From Roseibacillus sp. (GTDB lineage Bacteria; Verrucomicrobiota; Verrucomicrobiia; Verrucomicrobiales; Akkermansiaceae), in NCBI GenBank assembly GCA_051251855.1, contig JBPOGI010000004.1, positions 1-64,000 of the forward strand: DNA of 64,000 nt, written 5' to 3'. The notes under the pieces are model-generated. The model searched no databases and had not been told where the DNA came from. It saw only the letters and a list, made by a program, of their open reading frames with translations. Every line of letters begins with the position of its first letter. The stretch's first letter is position 1. A program made the translations under genes and the position numbers. Below, in pieces: positions 9,076-18,877 of the stretch.

Positions 9076-10191
9076 ATGATAAAACGTACCCTCCTAGCGA
9101 ACTGCAGCCTGCTCTTTTTATTTGCGCTTCCTTCGCTCGCTCAGAAAGAATTCGTTCACCCAGGGGTCATGCACACCCAAGAAAGCATCGACTTCGTGAA
9201 GGCTAAGATTGCAGCCAAAGAAGGACCTTGGACACAAGCTTGGCGGAAGATGCATCACTCGCGCCACCTTCGCAAAGACCGAAAAGCCTCACCCTACCCG
9301 CACGTGGAACGTGGTCCCTCTAACAATCCTAACATTGGCTCCAGTGACTTTAGCAGAGATGGAGATTTAGCCTACACCAACGCGCTTGAATGGGCCATCT
9401 CGGGGGATGAAGCCCGCGCTCGTAAAGCCGCCGAAGTTCTCGACGCTTGGTCCTCAACCTTGGAGACCGTTGGCAATCACGATGCCCGCCTCCTCATCGG
9501 GATGTCTGGACTTCCTTACATCATCGCTGCCGAACTGCTCACCTATACTTGGGACGGCTGGCCCAAAGAAAACCAAGCCCAATTCGCCAAGATGCTGCGC
9601 GAAATCTGGTATCCCATCATCAAGGACTTCTACCCTACCGCCAACGGCAACTGGGACGCATCCATGCTTCAAACCATGGTTGCGATGGGCGTCTATCTCG
9701 ATGACCGCGCCATCTTTGATCGTGCCGTTGACTACTATCGCAACGGAGAAGGCAACGGCGCCGTCGACAACTACTTTATGGAGTCAGGTCAATGCCAAGA
9801 AAGCGGCCGCGACCAAAACCATACCCAGATGGGGCTCGAGTTTTTGGCAAACACCTGCGAAACGGCATGGATCCAAGGCGTTGACCTCTATGGCGCTCAC
9901 GATAACCGGCTCCTCAAAGGCTTCGAATACACCGCCAAATACAATCTTGATCACAAAGTCCCCTATGTTCCCTACGAAAGTTTTCAAGGCCGCTACCTTT
10001 ACGAAACGATCTCAGATAAACAACGCGGAAGACTGCGCGATATGTACGAACGCGTTTTCAATCACTACAGCATCCGCAAAGGGATGGAGGCCCCCTTCAC
10101 CAAACGCGCAGCCTTAGAAAACCGCCCCGAAAGCGGCGGACGAGGCACTCTTTCCTGGAGCACCCTCATGCAGACCGGCCTTCCCAACTAG
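9076..10191 (+). CDS. Secreted alginate lyase family protein
   Basis: Signal peptide; FVHPGVMH, NGNWDA, GQCQESGRDQNHTQMG and NRLLKGFEYTAKYNL motifs of Alginate_lyase-domain proteins. Confidence 0.8.
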   Translation: MIKRTLLANCSLLFLFALPSLAQKEFVHPGVMHTQESIDFVKAKIAAKEGPWTQAWRKMHHSRHLRKDRKASPYPHVERGPSNNPNIGSSDFSRDGDLAYTNALEWAISGDEARARKAAEVLDAWSSTLETVGNHDARLLIGMSGLPYIIAAELLTYTWDGWPKENQAQFAKMLREIWYPIIKDFYPTANGNWDASMLQTMVAMGVYLDDRAIFDRAVDYYRNGEGNGAVDNYFMESGQCQESGRDQNHTQMGLEFLANTCETAWIQGVDLYGAHDNRLLKGFEYTAKYNLDHKVPYVPYESFQGRYLYETISDKQRGRLRDMYERVFNHYSIRKGMEAPFTKRAALENRPESGGRGTLSWSTLMQTGLPN

Positions 10192-10200
10192 GCAGGCCTC

Positions 10201-11649
10201 TCACACCCTCGCCTTCAACCAATCTCCCTTGAAGTGCTGACGCCCAAAGAGCAGTGACTGAGTGACCACATCGATAAACATCACTACCCAAATCCCCGTC
10301 AAACCCAGCCCAAAGAAGCTCACTGCCACCGGAATCACTATCACACGATAGAAAATCATCGTCGTAAACGAGTAGCGCATCACCAACTTCGTCGCCCCCG
10401 CCCCACGCATTGTCGTCTTCATCACCAATGCCGTCGCGAGAAATGGCTGCGACATTCCACACAGAAAGACCAGCGGGCCCGCCAAATTCTGGAAATGCTC
10501 CGAATCAGGCCCAGAAGGAACAATCAAAGCCACCAATTCACGCGGAAACACTAAAAATAATATTCCTAACAACCCCATAAAGATAGCGGCATACTTCCAG
10601 CAAAGCCGAGCCGCCTTCATCGCCATCTCCGGGTTACCGGCACCCAAATATTGCCCCACCAGCGCTGCCCCTGCCGAACCAATCGCAAAGCCCGGCAAAA
10701 AGCTCATCGACTCCACCCGAATCGCAATCATATGCGCGCCGAGCGTGCCCTCTTGCGGCAACCCCGAAATCGAACGAACCATCACCGCTTGAATGGCCCA
10801 CATCCCCCCCATCTCCATCGCCTGAGGCAGGCCCACCCGAGTAATACGCTGTATCGTTTCCTTCTCGGGAAGAAGCCGACAGCCCCGCAAGGTGAGGAAA
10901 GGCTCATCCCGATCCTTCTCCTTTTCCTTCCTTACTAACAAATATACCACCACCAGTACTGCACCCGCCGCCCAACCCAGCACCGAGCCCAAGGCCAGCC
11001 CAGCGACCCCCATTCGGCCAAATTGCTCCGGCCCAAAAACGAAAAGCCAGCTGAAAAACACGTTCACGATATTAACCACCACCATCGCAAAGAATGGCGT
11101 CCGCGTATCGCCCGCTCCCCGCAACGCATTAGTCGCTGAAAACATGATTCCCAGCACCGGAGCACTCCAAACGAGAACCCCCAGATAACTTTTCGCCTGA
11201 CGTGCACTTTCCCCGCTCAACCCAAACACGGCCACAATCACCGGTAGTAAAAGATACATGGTTACCGAGACCACAAGACCCGTTGCAAAACCCAGTAAAA
11301 GCCCCTGTGCCAGCCCTCGTCTTGCCAAGTCTCCATCGCGCGCGCCTGTTGCTCGCGACACCAAGGCCATCACCCCCGTACCCACCGCTCCTTGAAAAAT
11401 CATTAATAACCAAGCAGTGTATCCACCCAACCCCATGGCATCCATCATCGCCACCCGCAGCTCCCCCTCAGCCAGACGACCAGTAAAAATAAGATCCACT
11501 GTCGCGACCAAAAAAGCCAGAATTTGCTCTAAAAAAGGCCACATCGCCAAGGAAGCCACCTGCCGTTTCAGAGACATTCGACCCAGACGGCCGCCAAGTT
11601 GCCCCTGCGACCGCGCCTCAGCTTCTACACTCACCCCCGGTCGCGACAT
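10201..11649 (-). CDS. MATE family efflux transporter
   Basis: About 12 hydrophobic segments; repeated motifs ALRGAGDTRTP and MRGAGAT, plus LVGQYLGAG. The start could be the later Met of MSLKRQ. Confidence 0.92.
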   Translation of the reverse strand: MSRPGVSVEAEARSQGQLGGRLGRMSLKRQVASLAMWPFLEQILAFLVATVDLIFTGRLAEGELRVAMMDAMGLGGYTAWLLMIFQGAVGTGVMALVSRATGARDGDLARRGLAQGLLLGFATGLVVSVTMYLLLPVIVAVFGLSGESARQAKSYLGVLVWSAPVLGIMFSATNALRGAGDTRTPFFAMVVVNIVNVFFSWLFVFGPEQFGRMGVAGLALGSVLGWAAGAVLVVVYLLVRKEKEKDRDEPFLTLRGCRLLPEKETIQRITRVGLPQAMEMGGMWAIQAVMVRSISGLPQEGTLGAHMIAIRVESMSFLPGFAIGSAGAALVGQYLGAGNPEMAMKAARLCWKYAAIFMGLLGILFLVFPRELVALIVPSGPDSEHFQNLAGPLVFLCGMSQPFLATALVMKTTMRGAGATKLVMRYSFTTMIFYRVIVIPVAVSFFGLGLTGIWVVMFIDVVTQSLLFGRQHFKGDWLKARV

Positions 11650-11814
11650 CGTAGGGTTGGTAACACCCTACCGCTAAAAACTCACCACAAAACCGGAAGA
11701 GCAGAGAGAGAACACCCTTTACGCTTCTTTCAGAACGCCCCTCAACCAACCAGAAAATCAAGAAGGTGAGGAAACACTATTTTCTTTCCCTCCAAAGAGT
11801 GCTTCATTCTCCCC

Positions 11815-12363
11815 ATGCTCAAGCTCGACAAAGAACAAAGCTCCGCTCTCCGAGCAGGAAGCCTCATCTTGCTTGGGTTCTCTGGCTTCATTATCACTAT
11901 TTGGGCATGCGGTTACCTCCCAGGCCCCGTGGGACGCACGTTCTCACTCTTCACTGGCTTCTTGTGGACTCCTACCATCATGGAGCCCACTCTTTTTACC
12001 TTAGCCCTAATGTCCATTCTCGTTCTCAACCATCACCGTCGTAAAAAGGCCGGCTCGGACTACGTTCCTTTGGAAAAGGTCGCGGATATCGATTCTTCCC
12101 ATCTGGCCACCAACTCAGAGCCTCAACCGCCATCGGCCCAAGAGGTGAGCGCTGCTGTCGAAGATGCCGCCGACCTCGGAGATCACAAAGACGCCCTCCG
12201 TCTCATGAAAGGGCTTCCTCCCGAGCTTCTCGAAAGCGAAGAATTCATCGCTATCCGCCTCCAGATGGCACAAGCCAACGACGACCCTAACCATATTCGC
12301 GGCCTCTCTAAAAAACTTCGAGAACTCAACCCTTCCCACCCACTCTTGAAAGAGCTCTCCTAG
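11815..12363 (+). CDS. Hypothetical membrane protein (2 TM plus helical, TPR-like C-terminus)
   Basis: 182-aa ORF with two hydrophobic segments, filling the gap between neighbouring genes. Confidence 0.7.
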   Translation: MLKLDKEQSSALRAGSLILLGFSGFIITIWACGYLPGPVGRTFSLFTGFLWTPTIMEPTLFTLALMSILVLNHHRRKKAGSDYVPLEKVADIDSSHLATNSEPQPPSAQEVSAAVEDAADLGDHKDALRLMKGLPPELLESEEFIAIRLQMAQANDDPNHIRGLSKKLRELNPSHPLLKELS

Positions 12364-12372
12364 CCCAAAGCT

Positions 12373-12834
12373 CTACCGGCTCAACTCCTGCTGGTTGATG
12401 ACCTTGAACCCAGCTGAGTGCAGCACATTCGCGGCAAAGTCCCCATCATCAAGATGGAACGCCATCAAGGTGCGGCCATTGGGGTGAGGTAATAGTCCAT
12501 AAGCAAAGTCGATATTCACTTCGGCACAACGCAGCGTATCCAGACACTTCACCAGTTCTGCCCCCACCTCCCGAAATCCCACCACCACCAACTCACAAAC
12601 AGTGTGGGGAATCCCTTTCTCGATGAAGAGTGCTTCCGCTGAATCAGGGTCGCTCAAAACAAGACGCGCCACTGTCGCATCACGAGAATCCTGCACGCTC
12701 AAGCCCAAGACATCGATGTGCTCGCGCTTGAGAAGATTGGTTAAGGACACCAAGGCACCGGCACGATTCGCGAATAACACCGAAAACTGACGAACAGGCT
12801 CTCCTGGGGGCAAAATCTCACCTTTAACGACCAT
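12373..12834 (-). CDS. Tandem ACT-domain protein
   Basis: RQFSVLFANRAGAL and VNIDFAY patterns of two-ACT proteins. Confidence 0.85.
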   Translation of the reverse strand: MVVKGEILPPGEPVRQFSVLFANRAGALVSLTNLLKREHIDVLGLSVQDSRDATVARLVLSDPDSAEALFIEKGIPHTVCELVVVGFREVGAELVKCLDTLRCAEVNIDFAYGLLPHPNGRTLMAFHLDDGDFAANVLHSAGFKVINQQELSR

Positions 12835-12936
12835 TGGTCCGAAGGATTTATCTCGAAACTTTCTAAAAAGCGAGACGAGGGAGTGACAACAGAGCCTCGA
12901 CTTTGCCGCTGCATTGAGTCATAAACACCTATCCCT

Positions 12937-15900
12937 TTGCTACGATTATCTATCTCCCTCTTCGTCTCTTTGACCTCCCTCGGTCACGCAGACACAATAG
13001 GTTCTGAGACTTTTTCTTACCCCGATGGACCTTTAGGTGGACTGCGGGGAGGACATGGATTCGATTTTGACAATACTACCGAAGATGGTGATCCGGCTTC
13101 TCATAATCTCAGCCGCTCACTCTGGCTCCCTAAACAAGGAGTAAGTCTGATTCAGTCATCAAAACTCGTTACCAACGATTCCCTTATTCTCCGCCCCTAC
13201 AATGGCCCCTCACTTGGTCCAGTTCCCGGTGGACTCCCCAGCTCTGAGGAACGAACGGGCGTGATCTACGACGAACCCATCCGTAAGGAAAAGGTCGTCT
13301 ACTACTCCGTAGTCGTGACCCCCTCCCTTTCGGCCACCTCCTTTCGTGTCTCAAGCTTCGATTTCGAGCAGCGCAAAATCAGCTTTGGAGTCACCAGTAG
13401 CTCTGACAAACTCTCGATCGAACACGTCTCCGATGGGAGCTCCCAATCGCTGACCTCCTCCTCAGCTAACGTTCCAGTTCACCTAGTGGCCAAAATCGAT
13501 TTTGTGGCCAACCTGCTCAGCCTCTGGGTTTATCCCGATCTCTCATCCAGTGAGGGAACCCCTCTCATTTCGCAGCCCTACTTTGGCGATGAATACTCTA
13601 CTGGCATCGCTCTTTCATCCCAAGGATCGGTGACTTGGGATGATCTCGTCGTCGCCACCTCATGGGCAGAACTCTCTCTTCCCGATAGTGACGGCGACAA
13701 CGTGCCGGATTGGTGGGAACTTGCCTTCAATAGCGACGAAAACTTTTCGAATGGTGCCGCAGATGACGACAACGACACCCTCTCTAACACCGAAGAATTT
13801 GTGGCAGGCTCTTCTCCGCTCCTCGCTGATTCCGACGGGGATGGTCTCGACGACTCCGAGGAACACTACACCACAGGCACCAGCCCCTTCGTCTTCGATA
13901 GCGACAACGATGGTCTGAGCGATGGAGGCGAGGTCAACACCTTCGCGACCGATCCCTTGGTCACCGATTCCGACGGTGACAACTATCCCGACAACGAGGA
14001 AGTGCGGCTCCGCACCGACCCACAGCTCGCCTCCGACAACCCTGGCAACTTCCCCGCACTAAATGCCACTCCCGCATTGGGGCTCACCGCTGAAGCGACC
14101 TCTACCCTTTTTTCAAACTCTCAACTCATCTCCTATATTGGCCGACCTCTCGATGATGAAGCGGAACTCGCCCTCGCCATCGAGATGACTCTGGAGTGGA
14201 CAAGCTTGGCTCCCGACAACGGTCTCTATGGCTGGGGTGGCCTCCAATTCATGTCAGGGGATGAAGCCCGTCTCACCATCGGCAATCGCTGGGGCTCCCC
14301 CTCATGGAGCTACTACGGAGATGCTGGTATTGATAATTTCCTAAACGCGAGTTTCTCTCCCGAACCTCTTGTTTCTTCTTCTCCCGAGACCCTGCGCCTC
14401 CTGCTTCAGTTTCACGCCCGCGAAGAAGATGTCATCGACATCCTCTTTCGAGGTGAGCGAACTCGCCTACAAGGAGACTTTTCATTGGAATCCATCCGTG
14501 CCATTTCAAGTTGGGGTCAAACTCTCGACTTTCTTGCCGCCTCACTCGTCGTTGAAAGACCCATTGCCAACGACGATGAGTTCACCCTGTCCTCTGGGCA
14601 AAGCGCGCGTATCCAAGTCCTTGCTAACGACACCGGTTCACCCGACCCCACCTCCCTCTCACTTCTCACCAATCCGACCCAGGGAACGGCCACCATCTCT
14701 CCCGACGGCACTCTTTCTTATTCCAGAAACAGCAACGCGATCGGCGACGACTCCTTCTCCTACCAAATCGCGCGTGGCTCCCAAACCAGCAGCGCCAATG
14801 TCATCGCCCGTGGAGCAACAACCCCACGCTTCAACACCGACTTCCACACCCTTCCTCCCGCCCCCCCAGGCGCCAGTTTCACTCTCGTCGACGCCTTCCC
14901 CGGCATCACCTTCGACACTCCCCACTGCATGGCCGCCAATGATGAGATTGATGCCGACAAGCTCTTCGTCACCGAAGCCGACGGTCGCGTCTATCTCATT
15001 CCCAACGTGACAACCCCCGAGAAGCTTCTCATCCTCGACATCACGGACCGCGTCCTCAACGACGATAACGAACGCGCCATGAAGGGCATCGCCCCTCACC
15101 CAGATTTCTCTAACAACGGATACATTTACGTCACCTACCATCATTGCCCCAATGGGGTGGATTGCGGAGAATTTCTCGGTGACCCTGGCGACGGGAACAG
15201 TACCGTCCGGCTCTCCCGCTTCACCTGCCAAACGAGCTATCCCTTCACCGCCAACCCCAATTCTGAACTCATCCTGATCGAAGAAGAAAACGAAGGCTTC
15301 ATCCATGGTATTGATACCTGCCGTTTCGCTCGCGATGGCTACCTTTATGTCTCCTTTGGCGACGAAGGAAGTCAGGAAGAACTCTTCGATAATTCGCAGC
15401 GAATCGACAATGACTTCTACTCCTCCATCATCCGCATCGACGTCGACAAGTCCCTTGGAAGTCTCGAGCCCAATCCTCATTCGGCCATCCCCCTCGATAA
15501 TGGGTTTGCCCGCTATTCGGTGCCAGCAGACAACCCGTTCGTGGGAGCCACCTCCTTCAACAATCAACCCGTCAACCCATCTCAGGTGCGCACCGAGTTT
15601 TTCTGCGTGGGTGTTCGCAATCCTTGGCAATTCTATCCCATCGACCGCAATGACGACAATATTACCGACGAGGTCTGGTATGGCGACGTTGGCCGGTTCG
15701 ACCGCGAAGAAGTCACCGTCCTACTTCCTGGAGGCAATGGAGAATGGGGCTGGAATGAAGGCGACATTCCAGGGCCACTTAAGAACACCCTGATTAATGG
15801 CGCTAGCGAGGCTGACGCCGACCTCACTCCCCCCGTTTGGAGCTATCCTCACACCGACACTCCCTTCGGAGGCAACTCGGTCACCGGCGGCGTCTTCTAC

Positions 15901-17442
15901 CGAGGAGGTAATCACGGGCCCATCCGCGACACCTACGTCTTTGCAGACTTTGTCTCGGGTAACATTTGGTCGCTCGACAACTCCGACCCCAACGACGTTC
16001 AGGTGACCCGCATTGCCGGTGAATCCGGTCTGGTCTGCATCACTCCCAACCCCTCCACCAACGATCTTCTTTTTCTCGATCGCGACGACGGAAAGATTCA
16101 TCGCCTTGTTCTCGAAGACCGCGACAGCCAGCTCCCCACCACTCTCTCCGCCACCAACTTCTTCGCTGACCTTACCACCCTCACTCCCAACCCGGGAGCA
16201 GTCGCCTATGACCCCAACCTTCGCTTCTGGTCCGACCACGCCGACAAGAAGCGCTGGTTCTTACTCAACGATGCCGGAGACGACTTCTCCTTCGATGCTG
16301 ATGGACGCTGGTGGTTTCCTACCGGCATGGTTTGGGTCAAACACTTCGATATCGAACTCACCCGAGGTGATCCATCCACCTCAAGGCGCTTGGAGACTCG
16401 TTTTCTCGTCAAAACCGATGAGCACGTTTACGGTCTCTCCTACCGCTGGGAGAACATCACCAACGGCCTCCCCCAGAACGAAGCTTTTCTCATCCCTCCT
16501 CAAGGGGAAAGCCTCGATTTACCCATTATCGAAAACGGCTCTTCCCTTACTCAGAGCTGGCGCTACCCCGCTCGCTCCTCTTGTCTTACCTGTCACAATA
16601 CCAATAGCGGTGCCGCCCTCTCTTTCAACACCCGCCAGCTCAATCGCGACGGCACTCTCCATGGTAGCAGCGGTAACTACCTCAATTTGTTAGACCAGTT
16701 TGGATATCTCAGTAACTTCACTCCTGGAAACTATCCCTATTTTGTTGAACCCGATGACCAAGCATTCTCCCTCACCGAGCGCGTCCGATCCTATCTCGCC
16801 GTCAATTGCGCCTACTGCCACTTTGATGGAGGTGCCGCGAGTGGCTCCTGGGATGGCCGCCACCATCTGAATCTCGACGACACTCGTCTTATCAACGGGT
16901 ACGCTTTCAATACCCAACTCGATGATGATGACCGCCTGATTGCCCCCAAACTTCCTCAACACTCCATCATCTACAACCGCGCCACCGCTCAAAACGGTTA
17001 CACCCGCATGCCCCCCTTAGCCACCAATGTGGTCGATCCCGAAGGAGCGCAACTTCTCCTCGATTGGATTAATAGCGAAGCTCCTGACGAAACCAACTAT
17101 TCTGATTGGCGCCAAGCTCGCTTCGGCAACGCCACCGCAGGCGAGACCACCGCCGATCCCGACGGTGACGGACACAACAATTACTACGAGTATCTCACTA
17201 GAACAGATCCTCTCGATCCCAATAGCCGCTGGGAACCTGCGGTAGAACAAAGCTCCGGCTCGATGGCATTGAGCTTCCAACCCATCGGCGACCGCGTCAT
17301 CACTCCCTACTACTCTTCCGACCTAGAAAACTGGCTCCCTCTCGGCACTCCGCCCCTCTCCCTCAATCCAGAAAGCCCTGTCAGCACCCTACGCCCTCAT
17401 TCTTCTCGGGAATTCTTCCGATTCGAGGTGGAAGAACGCTAA
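12937..17442 (+). CDS. Large secreted multidomain protein: Ca-binding DxDxDG repeats, Ig/cadherin-like domain, glucose/sorbosone dehydrogenase beta-propeller and diheme cytochrome c
   Basis: Signal peptide; DSDGDNVPD, DSDGDGLDD and DSDNDGLSD repeats; PIANDDEF...IQVLAND Ig-like domain; GSDH motifs HPDF, DGYLYVSFGD, GVRNPW and SVTGGVFYRG; CxxCH at 16582 (CLTCH) and 16807 (CAYCH). Confidence 0.88.
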   Translation: MLRLSISLFVSLTSLGHADTIGSETFSYPDGPLGGLRGGHGFDFDNTTEDGDPASHNLSRSLWLPKQGVSLIQSSKLVTNDSLILRPYNGPSLGPVPGGLPSSEERTGVIYDEPIRKEKVVYYSVVVTPSLSATSFRVSSFDFEQRKISFGVTSSSDKLSIEHVSDGSSQSLTSSSANVPVHLVAKIDFVANLLSLWVYPDLSSSEGTPLISQPYFGDEYSTGIALSSQGSVTWDDLVVATSWAELSLPDSDGDNVPDWWELAFNSDENFSNGAADDDNDTLSNTEEFVAGSSPLLADSDGDGLDDSEEHYTTGTSPFVFDSDNDGLSDGGEVNTFATDPLVTDSDGDNYPDNEEVRLRTDPQLASDNPGNFPALNATPALGLTAEATSTLFSNSQLISYIGRPLDDEAELALAIEMTLEWTSLAPDNGLYGWGGLQFMSGDEARLTIGNRWGSPSWSYYGDAGIDNFLNASFSPEPLVSSSPETLRLLLQFHAREEDVIDILFRGERTRLQGDFSLESIRAISSWGQTLDFLAASLVVERPIANDDEFTLSSGQSARIQVLANDTGSPDPTSLSLLTNPTQGTATISPDGTLSYSRNSNAIGDDSFSYQIARGSQTSSANVIARGATTPRFNTDFHTLPPAPPGASFTLVDAFPGITFDTPHCMAANDEIDADKLFVTEADGRVYLIPNVTTPEKLLILDITDRVLNDDNERAMKGIAPHPDFSNNGYIYVTYHHCPNGVDCGEFLGDPGDGNSTVRLSRFTCQTSYPFTANPNSELILIEEENEGFIHGIDTCRFARDGYLYVSFGDEGSQEELFDNSQRIDNDFYSSIIRIDVDKSLGSLEPNPHSAIPLDNGFARYSVPADNPFVGATSFNNQPVNPSQVRTEFFCVGVRNPWQFYPIDRNDDNITDEVWYGDVGRFDREEVTVLLPGGNGEWGWNEGDIPGPLKNTLINGASEADADLTPPVWSYPHTDTPFGGNSVTGGVFYRGGNHGPIRDTYVFADFVSGNIWSLDNSDPNDVQVTRIAGESGLVCITPNPSTNDLLFLDRDDGKIHRLVLEDRDSQLPTTLSATNFFADLTTLTPNPGAVAYDPNLRFWSDHADKKRWFLLNDAGDDFSFDADGRWWFPTGMVWVKHFDIELTRGDPSTSRRLETRFLVKTDEHVYGLSYRWENITNGLPQNEAFLIPPQGESLDLPIIENGSSLTQSWRYPARSSCLTCHNTNSGAALSFNTRQLNRDGTLHGSSGNYLNLLDQFGYLSNFTPGNYPYFVEPDDQAFSLTERVRSYLAVNCAYCHFDGGAASGSWDGRHHLNLDDTRLINGYAFNTQLDDDDRLIAPKLPQHSIIYNRATAQNGYTRMPPLATNVVDPEGAQLLLDWINSEAPDETNYSDWRQARFGNATAGETTADPDGDGHNNYYEYLTRTDPLDPNSRWEPAVEQSSGSMALSFQPIGDRVITPYYSSDLENWLPLGTPPLSLNPESPVSTLRPHSSREFFRFEVEER

Positions 17443-17465
17443 GGTCGCAAATGGACCAAGTTCTG

Positions 17466-17496
17466 TCTGGATTCTGGACTCTGGATTCTGGACTCT
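17466..17496 (+). repeat. Heptamer tandem repeat (TCTGGAY)x4
   Basis: TCTGGAT TCTGGAC TCTGGAT TCTGGAC TCT, ending 7 nt before the rarA ATG. Confidence 0.85.
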
Positions 17497-17503
17497 CTCA
17501 GAG

Positions 17504-18877
17504 ATGTCCGACCTCTTCACCGACGAAGTATCCCCTTCTCACGTCCCTGAGCCGGGTAACCAACCCCTCGCGGCCCGCATGCGCCCCCGGGACCTCTCCG
17601 AAGTTCGCGGCCAACAACACATTCTCGCCAAAGGTAAACTCCTACGCCGCGCCATCGAAAGCGATCGCTTCTCCTCCCTCATCTTCTACGGCCCTCCCGG
17701 CACTGGAAAAACCACTCTTGCCACCGTCATCGCCCAGAGCACCGGTTCCCGCTTCGAATCCCTCAACGGAGTCGAATCCAATGTCGCCGAGATTCGCGCC
17801 AAAATCGAACAAGCCGCTACTTGGCAAAAACTCCGCGACGAAACCACCATTCTCTTCATCGACGAAATCCACCGCTTTAACAAAGCGCAACAAGACGTCC
17901 TCCTTCCCCATCTCGAGCGCGGCACCGTGCGCTTCATCGGAGCCACCACCCACAATCCTTATTTCTACATCAACTCCCCCCTCGTCTCGCGCTCGCAGGT
18001 CTTCCAACTCGAACCCCTTTCGCCCGAAGACATCATCGACCTGCTGCAAACTGCCCTCGCCGATCCCGAACGAGGACTTGGTAAAATCAACATCGAGGCC
18101 CACGAAGACGCTCTCCACCACATCGCAGATAAAGCTGATGGCGATGCTCGCAAAGCCCTCACTGCTCTCGAACTCGCCATCATCCCCCAACAGCAGTCCT
18201 CCGAGCAAAGCGAAAATCAAACCATCGTCCTCGACCTTGCCGTCGCCGAAGAATCCATCCAACAAAAGGCTATCCTCTACGATGCCGACGGCGACCAACA
18301 CTATGACACCATCTCCGCCTTCATCAAATCCATCCGAGGCTCCGATCCCGACGCCGCTCTCTACTGGCTCGCCAAAATGCTCACCGCTGGCGAAGACCCC
18401 CGCTTCATCGCGCGCCGCCTTGTCATTTCCGCCTCGGAAGATATTGGGCTCGCCGACTCCAGCGCTCTCCAAGTCGCCATCGCCGCTCAACAAGCCTTCG
18501 AATTCATCGGGATGCCCGAAGGCCGCATTCCCCTTGCCCAAGCCACCGTCCATCTCGCCACTGCTCCCAAATCCAACGCCTCCTACAAAGCCCTCGGCGC
18601 TGCCATGACCGATGTCGCTCAAGGAAAAACCCTCCCCGTTCCGCCGCACCTCCAAACCCGCTTTCGCAAAGAACTCGCCACCCAATCCGGAGCCGACACA
18701 GCTGCCATGCAGTATCTCTATTCCCACGATTACGACGGTCACTTCGTCCCCCAAGCCTACCTCACCGAAGGCCGCACTTATTACAAACCTACTGACAACG
18801 GCATGGAAAAGCGCATCAAAGAACGTATTCAGTTTTGGAAAGACCAAAGCTCATCCAAAAAGCGAACCGACAAATGA
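17504..18877 (+). CDS. rarA: Replication-associated recombination protein A (RarA/MgsA)
   Basis: PLAARMRP, GPPGTGKT, FIDEIHRFNKAQQD, HYDTISAFIKSIRGSDPDAALYWLA and PKSNA motifs. Confidence 0.96.
   Translation: MSDLFTDEVSPSHVPEPGNQPLAARMRPRDLSEVRGQQHILAKGKLLRRAIESDRFSSLIFYGPPGTGKTTLATVIAQSTGSRFESLNGVESNVAEIRAKIEQAATWQKLRDETTILFIDEIHRFNKAQQDVLLPHLERGTVRFIGATTHNPYFYINSPLVSRSQVFQLEPLSPEDIIDLLQTALADPERGLGKINIEAHEDALHHIADKADGDARKALTALELAIIPQQQSSEQSENQTIVLDLAVAEESIQQKAILYDADGDQHYDTISAFIKSIRGSDPDAALYWLAKMLTAGEDPRFIARRLVISASEDIGLADSSALQVAIAAQQAFEFIGMPEGRIPLAQATVHLATAPKSNASYKALGAAMTDVAQGKTLPVPPHLQTRFRKELATQSGADTAAMQYLYSHDYDGHFVPQAYLTEGRTYYKPTDNGMEKRIKERIQFWKDQSSSKKRTDK

Noticed and set aside
11651..11671. 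Short inverted repeat GTAGGGT-N7-ACCCTAC just upstream of the MATE gene
   Set aside because: A single 7-bp stem with no second copy or nearby regulator is too weak to call.
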